A DNA stretch of 64,000 nt, from positions 45,510,001 to 45,574,000 of the forward strand of contig CM059432.1 of the NCBI GenBank assembly GCA_030390025.1, in the 5' to 3' direction. Both the position numbers and the translations under genes were made by a program. Below the pieces are notes generated by a model. That model was given only the letters and a program-made list of their open reading frames with translations. It was not told the DNA's origin and did not search any database. The first letter of the stretch is position 1; every line of letters starts with the position of its first letter. This document shows positions 39,496 through 51,068 of the stretch, piece by piece. This stretch comes from Squalus acanthias. Its lineage: Eukaryota.

Positions 39496-42400
39496 GGGCA
39501 AAAAATTTGGGGGCTTTACACAACCCGTTACCACCAAAAAATGGCGAGAAGATTTTCTGATGCAGCGCTGTAGCCCTTGGTCCTGGGGGTTCAAAGAAGC
39601 CGTCAGGTCCTCTACCCGCAGGGGGCAGGAAGCCTTCAAGGAAGTACAGCAGAAGGCTGTGGGAGAAGATGGCTGAAGCCGTCAGTGCGACAAGTGTCTT
39701 CTCCAGGACCTGGATCCAGTACCGCAAAAAGTTTAATGACCTCACACGAGTGGTCAAGGTCAGTGAATGCATCTTCAAATGCCATATCCCACCATCTGCA
39801 CCACAAGCCTCACACACTGCTCAATGCACCACACTTCCATCACTCACCTACCAACAATCTCTAGCAATCACCACTCATATCTCATAATCATAGCTTCACT
39901 TCACCCTCACACATGTACCACTGCTGCAAGACTCACACCCACATCTCATACCTTGCACACACTGCAAGCTACTCAACCATGATAGACACATCACCCAAAC
40001 ACATTGCACCACACTCACTGACAGACTTCACTGTCCCTTGCAGGCAAAGGTGGCTCATAACCGCCGGGAGCAGCAGCAGACGGATGGAGGGGAAACCCGA
40101 CTGCAGAACCTAACAGAGCTGGAGGAAGCAGTGCTGGAGATCATTGGAGGAGCTGTCACAGAGTCTGTGGTGAGCGGCGATGTTGAAAGCATTGCTAATG
40201 ATGACGGTATGCTCATACCTAATCCTTTATCTCACATCCCACATCCTCCTCATCCCACAATCTCTTCTCACTTACAAGCTGCTGATGGTGTATGCATGGA
40301 TATCTTGCTTTCCCCACCTCCCCTCACCACAGCCTGACCCTTGTGCTTTTCTCCTTTCAGAGACCCAAGATGTCCCACCAGCACAGCCTGTCCCTGAAAT
40401 GATGGAGGAGGAAAGTGAAGGAGAAGAAGAGGCACTGCCACTGAATCTGACACTCGCAGGCACCAGCTCAGAAAATGGTAGTGCACGGACTTTAGAGGGT
40501 AGTATAGAAGCGTGATCCGTACTTGCTGAGTCACCAGGCTCGAGTGGGCTGCAGCCAGGCCAGGGGAAAAGAATAGCTCGTGGGCCAGCTCCTCGGAGGG
40601 CGAGTTCGCACACGAGTTCTGCTGCATAAGACTCATATGATAACCTCGATGGGGCGGCCTTCAGAAGAAGGGTGATGGGCATGCTAGGTGCAAATACAAG
40701 CCTGCCAGAGAGCCTCTTGTCAGTGCCAAGAAGCATGGAGGAGTCCGGCTCCAACATTGCACGGGGTTTTGCACAGAGCTTGGAGCCCATGATTTCAAGG
40801 TGGGAAATGATGGGCAACTCCAGGAAAGACCTTGTGGACCCAACCATGATGCTGTGTGCGATGGGTGATGTAGCAGCTTCCATTGCAGCACAGGCAGAAG
40901 TGACCCAATGTCTCAGTGCTGCAGTAGAAGCTCAGACGGCTGCCATCGTGGCTGGGTTTACGAGTGTGGAAAGGGGCTTCCAGGGTCTCACAGCACTCCA
41001 GCAATCTGTCCCCCAACAAATGGTTAGGAATGCTGAGGGGTTGGCAGTGGCTCCATGGAGCAAGAACCTGCTGTCCTCTCTCAGGATGACAGCATTCGTA
41101 CTCCCACCACTGCCACTCCACCAGAGCCCTTGCTGAGCCCAGACCAGACTGCTGCTGCCCATGCCGTGGTGGTGCAGTCTGCAGCCGGGCCTTCTAGGCT
41201 CAGAGCTGCTCGAGGTTGTCCTGCAAGGCCATCTGCAGTCTCCCCCACTGAAAGTCAGCAGCCTTCCACCAGCCATGCTGCAGCCACTGAGGGAGCACTT
41301 TGTAGGAGCACTAGAGTAAGTAAAGGATCATGAAAGGCAGACACTAAGGGAGTGCACAAGGATGATTAGTTGACGTTGTTGTTTCAATATTGATTTGATA
41401 AATTTATAAATTATGTTTTGAATGTTTGTTTTGTGGTGGTTCTCAATTCCGCTTTGTGCCCAGGTGGATGCCGCGCTGTGATGTTCTGTGACAGAGGGAT
41501 GGTAAGATGGTGAGCAACGGGGATCTGGGGTTTCATTTATTGAAACCGGAGTCTGATGAGGTGCTCACAGATAGCCCGTCCAGAACGGGGATCTGCTGCC
41601 CCACCTCCTCCTCCTGAGGTGGTCCCAGAACCCGTGGTGGCAAGGGCCCCGCCCTCATGTTGGCCAAGTTGTGGAGCTTGCAGCAGACCACCACAAAATG
41701 GGACGCCCGCTCCGGCATGTACTGGAGGGCTCCTCCCAACCAGTCAAGGCAGCAGAACTGTTGCTTGAGCACACTGATGGACTGCGCGGTGATGTTCCTC
41801 GTGGCATGGCTCTCATTATACGATTGCTGGCCACGAGTGGTGGGGATGTGGATGGGAGTCATCAGCCACGTGCAGAGCGGATAGCCCTTATCTCCGAGCA
41901 GCCACTCTTGGGTTTGACGTAGTGGCTGGAAGATTCCTGGCACACCTGACTAGCACCAGATGAAGGCACCATGACTGCTGCCAGGATACCGGGCATTCAC
42001 TATTACGATGTGCTGGGTGTGGTCGCACAACGACTGCACATCAAGTGAGTGGCAGTCTTTGTGGTTACGGAACATCTGAGGATTGGTTTGTGGTGCCAGC
42101 AAAGCCATGTGTGTGCAGTCGATGGCGCCATGCACCATGGGGAAACCCGATATCCTGGCAAAGCCACATGCGCGCTCCTCCTGCTTCTCTCTGTTTAGAG
42201 AGAAGACAATGAAGTCCCTTCTTCTGGACTACAGAGCCTCTGTGACCTCCCGGATGCAGCGATGGACGGCGAACTGGGAGATGTTAGCTATGTCTCCTGC
42301 TCCAGACTGGAAGGATCCGGTGGTGAAAAAATTGAGGGCCATGGTTACCTTGAGGGCCACTGGCAGCGCCGTTGACGCCCTGCTCTGAGGCTGCAAGTCT

Positions 42401-43146
42401 GGTTGCAGGAGGTGGCAGAGTTCTGTGACCACCTCCTTGGTGAAGTGGAGCAACCTAATACACTGCTCCTGGCTTAAGTGCAGGTAGGAGAAGTGCTCTC
42501 GGAGCACCCTAGGTGGGTAAGGCCTCCTGCTGAGGGCCCTTTTGCCCCTCCTCCTCCTCCCTCTGGGAGCATTTTGTCCTCTTCTTTGCTGCCGCCACTC
42601 CATCTCCCTGTCATACTCAAGCACAAGGGGGACTGCAAGTAGAGCCCCCATGACCGGGAGCAAGTGGTATGAGCAGAACCCTTTAAATGAGAAACAAGAC
42701 GTTCGCCACTTGCAGCAACACTCCCTGTCACCACAGCAACTCTAAATAACTGTAGAAAACTCCAAACAGTTGCACAAACTTACCAGTAGAAAAGAAAAAG
42801 CAAATCAGCTGCAAGTTGTTAATGATCCCTTTAAATAGCGTTGGTGGGTTGTCCTTCCTGCTGCTGAACGCATGTTCAGCTGGTCGTGATTTGGAGAGAA
42901 CATTAAAAGGTGCAACAACGTCCAAAGTGGCAGATCATGTGTCAAATCAGCGTCAGACACTCGTTGACGTCACGATCTGCCTCATTTTCATACCTACAAT
43001 GAGCGCAGGCAACGACAGTGCTGCCAACGTGCCCAAAATGGCACCCACCGCGGGACCTGCTGGAAGTGAGCAGAAGTGTGGCGGCTACCAATTTTTCTTC
43101 CAAACTGGCCTTAACGGCTAACGCAAACGAGTCTAATTTCCCGGCC
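39496..43146. mobile_element. PIF/Harbinger transposon H2
   Basis: Ends GGGCAAAAAATT / AATTTCCCGGCC. Myb/SANT gene (+) with exons ~39540-39758, 40044-40206 and 40361-~41333; transposase (-) 42651-41533. Confidence 0.85.
41533..42651 (-). pseudogene. HARBI1-type transposase of H2 (stops; catalytic E lost)
   Basis: MGALLAVPL..., IDCTH and GDKGY motifs; NITAQSI at the IEQTI position. Confidence 0.88.
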
Positions 43147-43149
43147 AGT

Positions 43150-43295
43150 TTCTCTACCTTATCAAACACCTTCTTAATTTTAAAGACCTCTATTAGGTCA
43201 CCCCTCAGCCTTCTCCTTTCTAGAGAAAAGAGCCCCAGCCTGTTCAGTCTTTCCTGATAGTGATAACCTTTCAGTTCTGGTATCATCCTTGTAAA
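43150..43295 (-). mobile_element. CR1 fragment
   Basis: MIPELKGYHYQERLNRLGLFSLERRRLRGDLIEVFKI. Confidence 0.8.
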
Positions 43296-43826
43296 CCAGA
43301 AGATCTGTGTTTATCCTACAGACATTTTTTACTAGTATGAGAAGCCATTACCCCTAACTCAGACCATTTAGAATCACAACTAATGGAGCATAAAAATGTC
43401 ACATATCCCCATTTGTATGAAAAAAACTCTTCAGAAATCCAAGATTGATAGCGAAAAAGCTATAAGGTTTGTTATGCTGGGGGTAAAGCCATACCCCAGT
43501 GACACAATGACAGTCACAGGACTCCACAGTTATCAGGTTTGATTGACAAAAGGGGGAGGGGGGAGACCTTCTGACACATGTGTCACTCTGATTGGTTAAT
43601 TGAATATAGGGCGATCTCCCTCCAAAATGAGGATCTAACAATAGAGTGTGCTGCACCTGCCGAGCAATCAGCAGTGGACAATCTGTAGTAACCTTTGTGG
43701 AGTAGCAAACAGTCTGGAGTAGTATCTCTCTCTTTGTCTTTGTAGAAGTAGCGGTCTCTCTGTTAGAAATGAAAACAGAAAATGCTGGAAATACTCAGCA
43801 GGTCAGGCAGCAGAAACAGAGTTAAC

Positions 43827-45605
43827 AGCCGCGAATTTGCTGGCGCTCAAGGGACGGTTTTGGAGGCGGGTCCGCTGTCAAAATAGCAAAGATTGACAGC
43901 AAGTAAGAAACCCGCTGTCAACCCGCCTCCACGCGAGTCTCCCAGGTGTCGGGTCTGTCAGCGCAGAACTGACCCGACACCAAGTGGCGGGGGATACAAT
44001 TGAGCTACTTAAATGGCTTGTTAAGAGTCAATTTAAGACTATTTTGAGGCTTTCTTCTAATTTTACGTTCTCCCCCACGGGTTACCCGCAGTTCGGGGAA
44101 CACACCAGCTCACCCTGGCGTGTTTTGAGTCTGCTCTGATGTTTCTGAAAAGCTGACAGCTGCAAAAGTGGTGTAAAGGATGCCATGTTGCAGATGGTGA
44201 GTTTCAGAGCACAGAAAATGTTGGTTACTGCACTTTTAATACAAAAAGAGATTTCTTTAGCTTACAAGTTTTTAGATCTAACTGTATGTCCAGTGCCACC
44301 TCATTGGGAGAACCTCTCTCACCATTGACAGATTGCTTCTGTCATCGCACCTGCAGCTGCCATCTATTGCAGCAACATCGGAGCCATTGAAAAAATCAGA
44401 CCTCGGTCCTCCGAGTCCTTCCACAATCAGCCCCAACACCAACATCACCAGGCACACCAACATCACCAACAACATCACCAACCTTCTCCGCCATCACCTG
44501 ATGCTGCACTGGACACAGGGCATCAGCCCCTGACAACATTGCTGCCCAGGAGGCCAGCGATGGCATCACCATAGCCAGATTTACTTCACATGGCGCTGTA
44601 AACCCTGGCTGCCACATGATGCGCCAGGTTGACACCATCTCACACCAGCACCGTGAAGCATCCCTTTAATGTCCAAGCCATTCCATGCACACTCATCACT
44701 ATAGCGTGGGGGGGAGAGTTATGTCTGAACAATCACTGGAACTCAGTAAGACACTTCTCAAGGTGCGCTCAGATCTGTCCAATAAGGGGCACTTTTGGAA
44801 AAATAGATTTCACTGTATGACAGCACATTACCTGAAACTTCACATGGACATTGGCTAAACCTCTCAAGTGCCTGCCCTTGTGTGTTGTTATTTGGTATGC
44901 TTGCAGTAGGATGAGGGTGAGTGTGAGTGTGAGGGGTGGCTAGTGAGATGGAGAAGTGCTAAAGTAGATAGAGAGAGTTGGGTGGAGGTGCAAGGTAATT
45001 TGGTGTGAGTAAGGATGTGCAGGAGAAGGGTATGGAAGCCAGAGTGATGGGGATGTGTTGGGTGGCACAGCAGGTTGAGTTTGAGTGTGGCTTTGCAGTA
45101 ACGTTTCGTGATCCATTGAGATCATTGAAAGGTTGGCGCCACTGCATTCAGGGACCCCTGACGACATCCCTGCTTGTGCCTTCCTGTGCAATGTGCAACC
45201 AGGCTGCGTTGGTGTCCTGGGGAGGTCTCTTCTGCCCTTGGAAGGGAAGAAAACCTCCTTGCATGCTGTGACTCCCTCCATAAGCATATGGAGGGAGTCA
45301 TTGGAGAACCTGGGTACAAGCGTCCAACTTTGTGCAGTGCTTGTCAGTGTTCGCAGCACCTCAATGCTGCAGAACACTGACAGCACAACTGTCAAACTCA
45401 GTGTGGATGTGGTCCCTTTAAGGAAACCGGCTGATGATGTCATCAGACCCGCTTCCTGTTAATTGGCCAGGAAGCCCGCAGGGCGGGCTTAACAAGGCCA
45501 ATCAAGGGAAAATCCTGATTACAGAGCAGCTGCAGCCAGGTTCGTGTCTGGAACCCGGAAACCGGCTCACGCCACCATCCTGCCTCCGCTGGGAAATTCG
45601 TGGCC
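43827..45605. mobile_element. Internally deleted Harbinger H3 with a perfect AAC target-site duplication
   Basis: TIRs AGCCGCGAATTT / AAATTCGTGGCC; AAC at 43824-43826 and 45606-45608; Myb exon 1 on the minus strand (PRFSNDSL...FNDL); left end resembles the right end of H1. Confidence 0.88.
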
Positions 45606-45640
45606 AACGTTTCAGTTCGATGACCTTTTCATCAGAACTC
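45606..45640 (-). ncRNA. Minimal hammerhead ribozyme core of a Penelope-like pLTR fragment (the remainder lies at 43770-43826)
   Basis: Minus strand reads CTGATGA-a-aggtc(atc)gaact-GAAACGTT. Confidence 0.7.
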
Positions 45641-45829
45641 TTCTACTTTGGGGTGGGGGAGCCATTTTCTGTTCAGCTGTGGTGGCTCTGGGGTCAGATG
45701 CCTTGTTTCCTGCTTGTAGATTAACTTAACAGTGATTATTACTGGTCTCCATTGACTGGATGGCTTTAGTGACTACCAGCAATAGTTAAAACCTTACAGA
45801 GGCTAAATAAGGGGCAATTTGAAAGAAAT

Positions 45830-46020
45830 TTAGAAATTTACATCACAGAAGGAGGCCATTTGGCCCATTGTGTCTGTGCTGACTGAAAAAGAGCTATCCA
45901 GCCGAATCCCACTTTCTAGCTGTTGGCCTGTAGCCCTGTAGGTGACGGCAGTTCAAGTGCATATCCAAGTACTTTTTAAATGCGATGAGGGTTTCTGCCT
46001 CTACTACCCTTTCAGGCAGT
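45830..46020 (-). mobile_element. CR1 3' tail fragment
   Basis: Matches 10178-10376. Confidence 0.8.
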
Positions 46021-46422
46021 GATAACTGTCTAAAGTGCCTAACCACAGAGAAGTCTAAAAATAGGATCCTTCGGCACTCGCCTGCAACTGCTTTTACTAA
46101 TTTCGCCTTCACACACTAACTTCTCTGCTTCAATCTTAGGCTTCCATTAGTGACAAAGAACAATACTTTGGAACAGATCCCTGTCACTCATGATCAACTG
46201 GAAATGTTCTTTTCCTAAGAAGAATACAGCCTCAAACTGCTAATACATGTAAATTACAGCCTTAAGCAACCCACATGCAAGTCCTCTTGTAAAGTTTAAT
46301 GGTTTCAGGTTATTTTGTGCCTGTGCGTGTGTGTATATAAATTGTGTAGAGTTTTGTTTGAAAATTACATCTCACTGTAAAGCTGCACCACAAATAGACT
46401 TAATAATAGCATTAAACACTGT

Positions 46423-46978
46423 GGCCCTGAAAATCCACATTCCAGCATTAAGTGCCAAGATGCATCCACTGCCACTTATCTGTGGGGTCAGGGGAAGGCC
46501 CCACAGTTTCATTTTTTTTGGCAGGCCAAGGGGCACATGTGGTGCTGCCCCGTTGCCAAAGAGCTGACAATCTGGCCAAAGAGTCCTAAGCTGGAGGGAG
46601 GAATTCTGGGTCCCTCCCTGGAAACATCTTGCAACTGTCCTGCACTGTAAAATGATTATTAATTAAAAAAATATTCTTCAAGAGTCATCTTGTCTCAAGA
46701 GGACCCCACTTACACCAATTGTTGCGAACTACTCCTGATCTGACCAGGCATATTTCTTCTGCTGACTATACAAAGGGTTCCACTGAAGGCCAGGGGCACA
46801 GGAGATCCCGGTGTACAAATCCCCGTCTCCATCGCCACCCTCCCTTACATCGACGCCCCCAATACAGCATCCCGTAAAGTCTGTCACTAGGTCAGGACCT
46901 GGCATAACTGTATCGCAGCATACCTTCCAGCCATTTTATGTTGGGAGTACACCGGAACGGCTACAGATTTCTAGGGTC
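46423..46978. mobile_element. Harbinger-type MITE with TGT TSD
   Basis: Ends GGCCCTGAAAATC / GATTTCTAGGGTC, flanked by TGT on both sides. Confidence 0.7.
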
Positions 46979-47160
46979 TGTAAAATTAGACAGATTGGGT
47001 CATCCAGAGATTCCTGGTCTTTAGGTTGATTCTTCTGTGTTACATAAATATACTTGAGATTTGATATAAGATATACGTAACGGTGACTTCTAACTCATTG
47101 TTAATGTACCATCCTTATTCCTTTATGCACAAACTCTTCCCCAAACGGCACAAACTTAAA

Positions 47161-50100
47161 TTTTTTTTTTTTTATTATTCGTTTATGGGATCAGGGCATC
47201 GCTGGCAATGCCAGCATTTATTGCCCATCCCTAGTTGCCCTTGAGAAGGTGGTGGTGAGCCACCTTCTTGAACCGCTGCAGTCCGTGTGGTGATGGTACT
47301 TCCACAGTGCTGTTAGGTAGGGAGTTCCAGGATTTTGACCCAGCGCCGATGAAGGATCGGCGATATACTTCTAAGTCAGGATGGTGTGTGACTTGGAGGG
47401 GAACTTGGAGGTGGTGGTGTTCCCATGCGGCTGCTGCCCTTGTCCTTCTAGGTGGAAGAGGTTGCGGGTTTTGGAGGTCCTGCCGAAGAAGCCTTGGCGA
47501 GTTGCTGCAGTGCATCTTGTAGATGGTACACACTGCAGCCACGGTACGCCGGTGGTGGAGGGAGTGAATGTTTAAGTTGGTGGATGGGGTGCCAATCAAG
47601 CGGGCTGCTTTGTCCTGGATGGTGTTGAGCTTCTTGAGTGTTGTTGGAGCTGCACTCATCCAGGCAAGTGGAGAGTCTTCCATCACACTCCTTACTTGTG
47701 CCTTGTAGATGGTGGAAAGGCTTTGGGGAGTCAGGAGATGAGACACTCGCCGCAGAATACCTAGCCTCTGACCTGCTCTTGTTGCCACAGTATTTATGTA
47801 GCTGGTCCAGTTAAGTTTCTGGTTAATGGTGACCCCCAGGATGTTGATAGTGGGGGATTCGACGATGGTAATGCCATTGAATGTCAAGGGGAGGTGGTTA
47901 GACTCTCGCTTGTTGGAGATAGTCATTGCCTGGCACTTCTGTGGCGCAAATTTTACCTGCCACTTATCAGCCCAAGCCTGAACATCGTCCAGGTCTTGTT
48001 GCATGCGGGCATGGACTGCTTCATTATCTGTGGAGTTGTGAATGGCGCTGAACACTGTGCAGTCATCTGCGAACATCCCCATTTCTGACCTTATGTTGGA
48101 GGGAAGGTCATTGATGAAACAGCTGAAGATGGTTGGGCCTAGGACACTGCCCTGAGGAACTCCTGGGGCTGTGATGATTGACCTTCAACCACCAAAACCA
48201 TCTTCCTTTGTGTTAGATATGACTCCAGCCAGTGGAGTGTTTTCCCCCTGATTCCCATTGACTTCAGTTTTACTGGGGCTCCTTGATGCCACACTCGGTC
48301 AAATGCTGCCTTGATGTCAAGGGCAGTCACTCTCACCTCACCTCTGGAATTCAGCTCTTTTGTCCATGAGTGGACCAAGGCTGTAATGAGGTCTGGAGCC
48401 GAGTGGTCTTGGTGGAACCCAAACTGGGCATCAGTGAGCAGATTATTGGTGAGTAAGTGCCGCTTGATAGCACTGTCGATGACACCTTCCATCACTTTGC
48501 TGATGATTGAGAGTAGACTGATAGGGTGGTAATTGGCCGGGTTGGATTTGTCCTATATTGTCGGATAGATGCCAGTGTTGTAGCTGTACTGGAACAGCTT
48601 GGCTAGAGGCGCGGCTAGTTCTGGAGCACAAGTCTTCAGCATGATAGCCGGGATGTTGTCGGGGCCCATAGCCTTTGCTGTATCTTGATATCACGTGGAG
48701 TGAATCGAATTGGCTGAAGACTGGCTTCTGTGATGGTGGGGACTTCGGGAGTAGGCCGATATGGATCATCCACTCGGCACTTCTGGCTGAAGTTGGCTGC
48801 AAACACTTCAGCCTTGTCTTTTGCACTAACGTGCTGGGCTCCCCCATCATTGAGGATGGGGATATTCTTGGAGCCTCCTCCTCCCGTTAGTTGTTTAATG
48901 GTCCACCATAATTCATGACTGCAGAGCTTTGATCTGATCCGTTGATTGTGGGATCGCTTAGCCCTGTCTATAGCATGCTGCTTCTGAGCATGCAGTCCTG
49001 TGTTGCCTATTTTAAGGTACGCCTGGTGCTGCTCCTGTACACTCGTTGTTGAACCAGGGTTGATCCCCTGGCTTGGTGGTAATGGTTATGCCGGGCCATG
49101 AGGTTACAGATTGTGGTGGAATACAATTCTGCAGCTGCCCCACAGCACCTCATGGATGCCCAGTTTGGAGCTGCTAGATCTGTTCTGAATCTATCCCATT
49201 TAGCACAGTGGTAGTGCCACACAACACGATGGAGGGTGTTTTCAATGTGAATACGGGACTTCATCTCCACAATGACTGTGCGGTGGTCACTGCTGCTCTG
49301 GACAGATGCATCTGCAACAGGTAGGTTGGTGATGACGAGGTCAAGTAGGTTTTTCCCTCGTGTTGGTTATCTCACCACCTGTCGCAGGCCCAGACTGGCA
49401 GTTACATCCTTCAGGACTCGGCCAGTAGTGGTGCTACCGAGCTACTCTTGGTGATGGACATTGAAGTGTTCCCCCCCCCCCAAGTACATTCTGTGCCCTT
49501 GCTGCTTCTTCCAAGAAGTGTTCAACATGGAGGAGTACTGATTCATCAGCTGAGGGAGGGCGGTAGGTGGTAATCAGCAGGAGGTTTCCTTGCCCCTGCT
49601 TGACCTGAAGCCATGAGACTTCATGGGGTCCGGAGGCAATGTTGAGGACTCCCAAGGGCACTCCTTCCCGACTGTATACCACTGTGCCACCACCCCTGGT
49701 GGGTCTGTCCTGCCGCTGGGACAGGACATACCCAGGGATGGTGATGGAGGAGTTTGGGACATTGTCTGAAAGGTATGATTCTGTGAGTATGACTATGTCA
49801 GGGCTGTTGCTTGACTAATCTGTGGGACAGCTCTCCCAATTTTGGCACACGTCCCCAGATGTTGGTGAGGAGGACTTTGCAGGGTTGACTGGGCTGGGTG
49901 CGCCGTTGCCGTGTCTGTAGCCGAGGTCGATGCCGTCCGTCCAGTTTCATTCTTATTATTTTGTTTCGTAGCAGTTAGTTACAACTGAGTGGTTTGCTAG
50001 GCCATTTAAGAGGGCAGTTAAGAGTCAACCACATTGCTGTGGGTCTGGAGTCACATATAGGCCAGACCAGGTAAGGACGGCAGATTTACCATTAGTGACC

Positions 50101-50295
50101 CAAATGGATTTTTACGACAATCCGATAGCTTTATAGTTACCATTACTGATACTAGCTTTTTATTCCAGATTTATTTAATTAACTGAATTTAAATTCCCCA
50201 GCTGCCGTGGTAGGATTGGAACTCACGTCTCTGGATCATTAGTGCAGGCTTCTGGATTACTAGCCCAGTGACATTACCACTACACTACCGTTCCC
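47161..50295 (-). mobile_element. Full-length uninterrupted Zenon-like single-ORF LINE (Z2) with a tRNA-derived head; many small deletions
   Basis: Colinear with Z1 from head to A tail; A box 50287-50277 and B box 50224-50213. Confidence 0.92.
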
Positions 50296-50944
50296 TTTCT
50301 TAGTGCAGGCTTTGTTACATATACTAACTGAGAATGGACAACTCAGGCTCAAAAATATTATTGGCCTCATTTTCACGGGTACTCAGTTAATAGTTTTGCA
50401 CACATACAAAATAGTTATTGTGTCTAATTTTCTCTAATCAAAAAATGTGACTTTATTCTGAAACAACATTCTGTTGATAACTCATAACCCCCACCTTAAA
50501 CAAAACAGAAGCGTATAGTAACTCAAGGCTCTCAGGAAAGGCAATATTTACAGTTTCAATTTTCCACAGCCAAATGTTTCCCATAAAGAAAAATGCAGAC
50601 TTTAAATATAGTCTTGATATTCAGATAACCGAGCACTTATTTATTGTCATCTATGATATAGGTGGTTCTGGCACAGAGGCATTGACGGCCTTGGCCTGCC
50701 TGTGGGAGTGGAATTCCGGACAATGGTCCCCAGGAGGCGAAAAGCTAATGCACCAATAGTACAAACAAACAGAGCAACTACTGGCAACAATTATAAAAAT
50801 ACAGGTTCACTTAAGACAGGAGAGCAACATGGCAACCGGGTATCCCATGCAGTGTCTATTTTAAAAGTGTGTCTTTGATGTAGGGAAAGATTTGAATACA
50901 TTTTTTCTGTGTTTATATTGTGAATTCTGGGAGATTCTCTCACA

Positions 50945-51068
50945 GCTACTCTACCTGAGGAAGGAGCGACAGCTCCGAAAGCTTGTAATTTTAAATAAAT
51001 CTGTTGGACTATAACCTGGTGTTGTGCGACTTCTCATTTTTGTCCACCCCAGTCCAACGCCGGCATCT
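50945..51068 (+). mobile_element. Penelope-like pLTR fragment containing a minimal type I hammerhead ribozyme (50955-50984)
   Basis: CTGAGGA-A-GGAGC(GACA)GCTCC-GAAAGCTT followed by AATAAA and a pLTR-like tail. Confidence 0.78.

Noticed and set aside
43470..43765. Possible solo LTR
   Set aside because: TG start and promoter-like motifs, but no clear CA end or TSD.
44430..44482. (CACCAACAT)n short tandem repeat as an array or CRISPR-like feature
   Set aside because: Low-complexity Gln/His-coding N-terminus of a Harbinger transposase remnant; no spacers, eukaryotic context.
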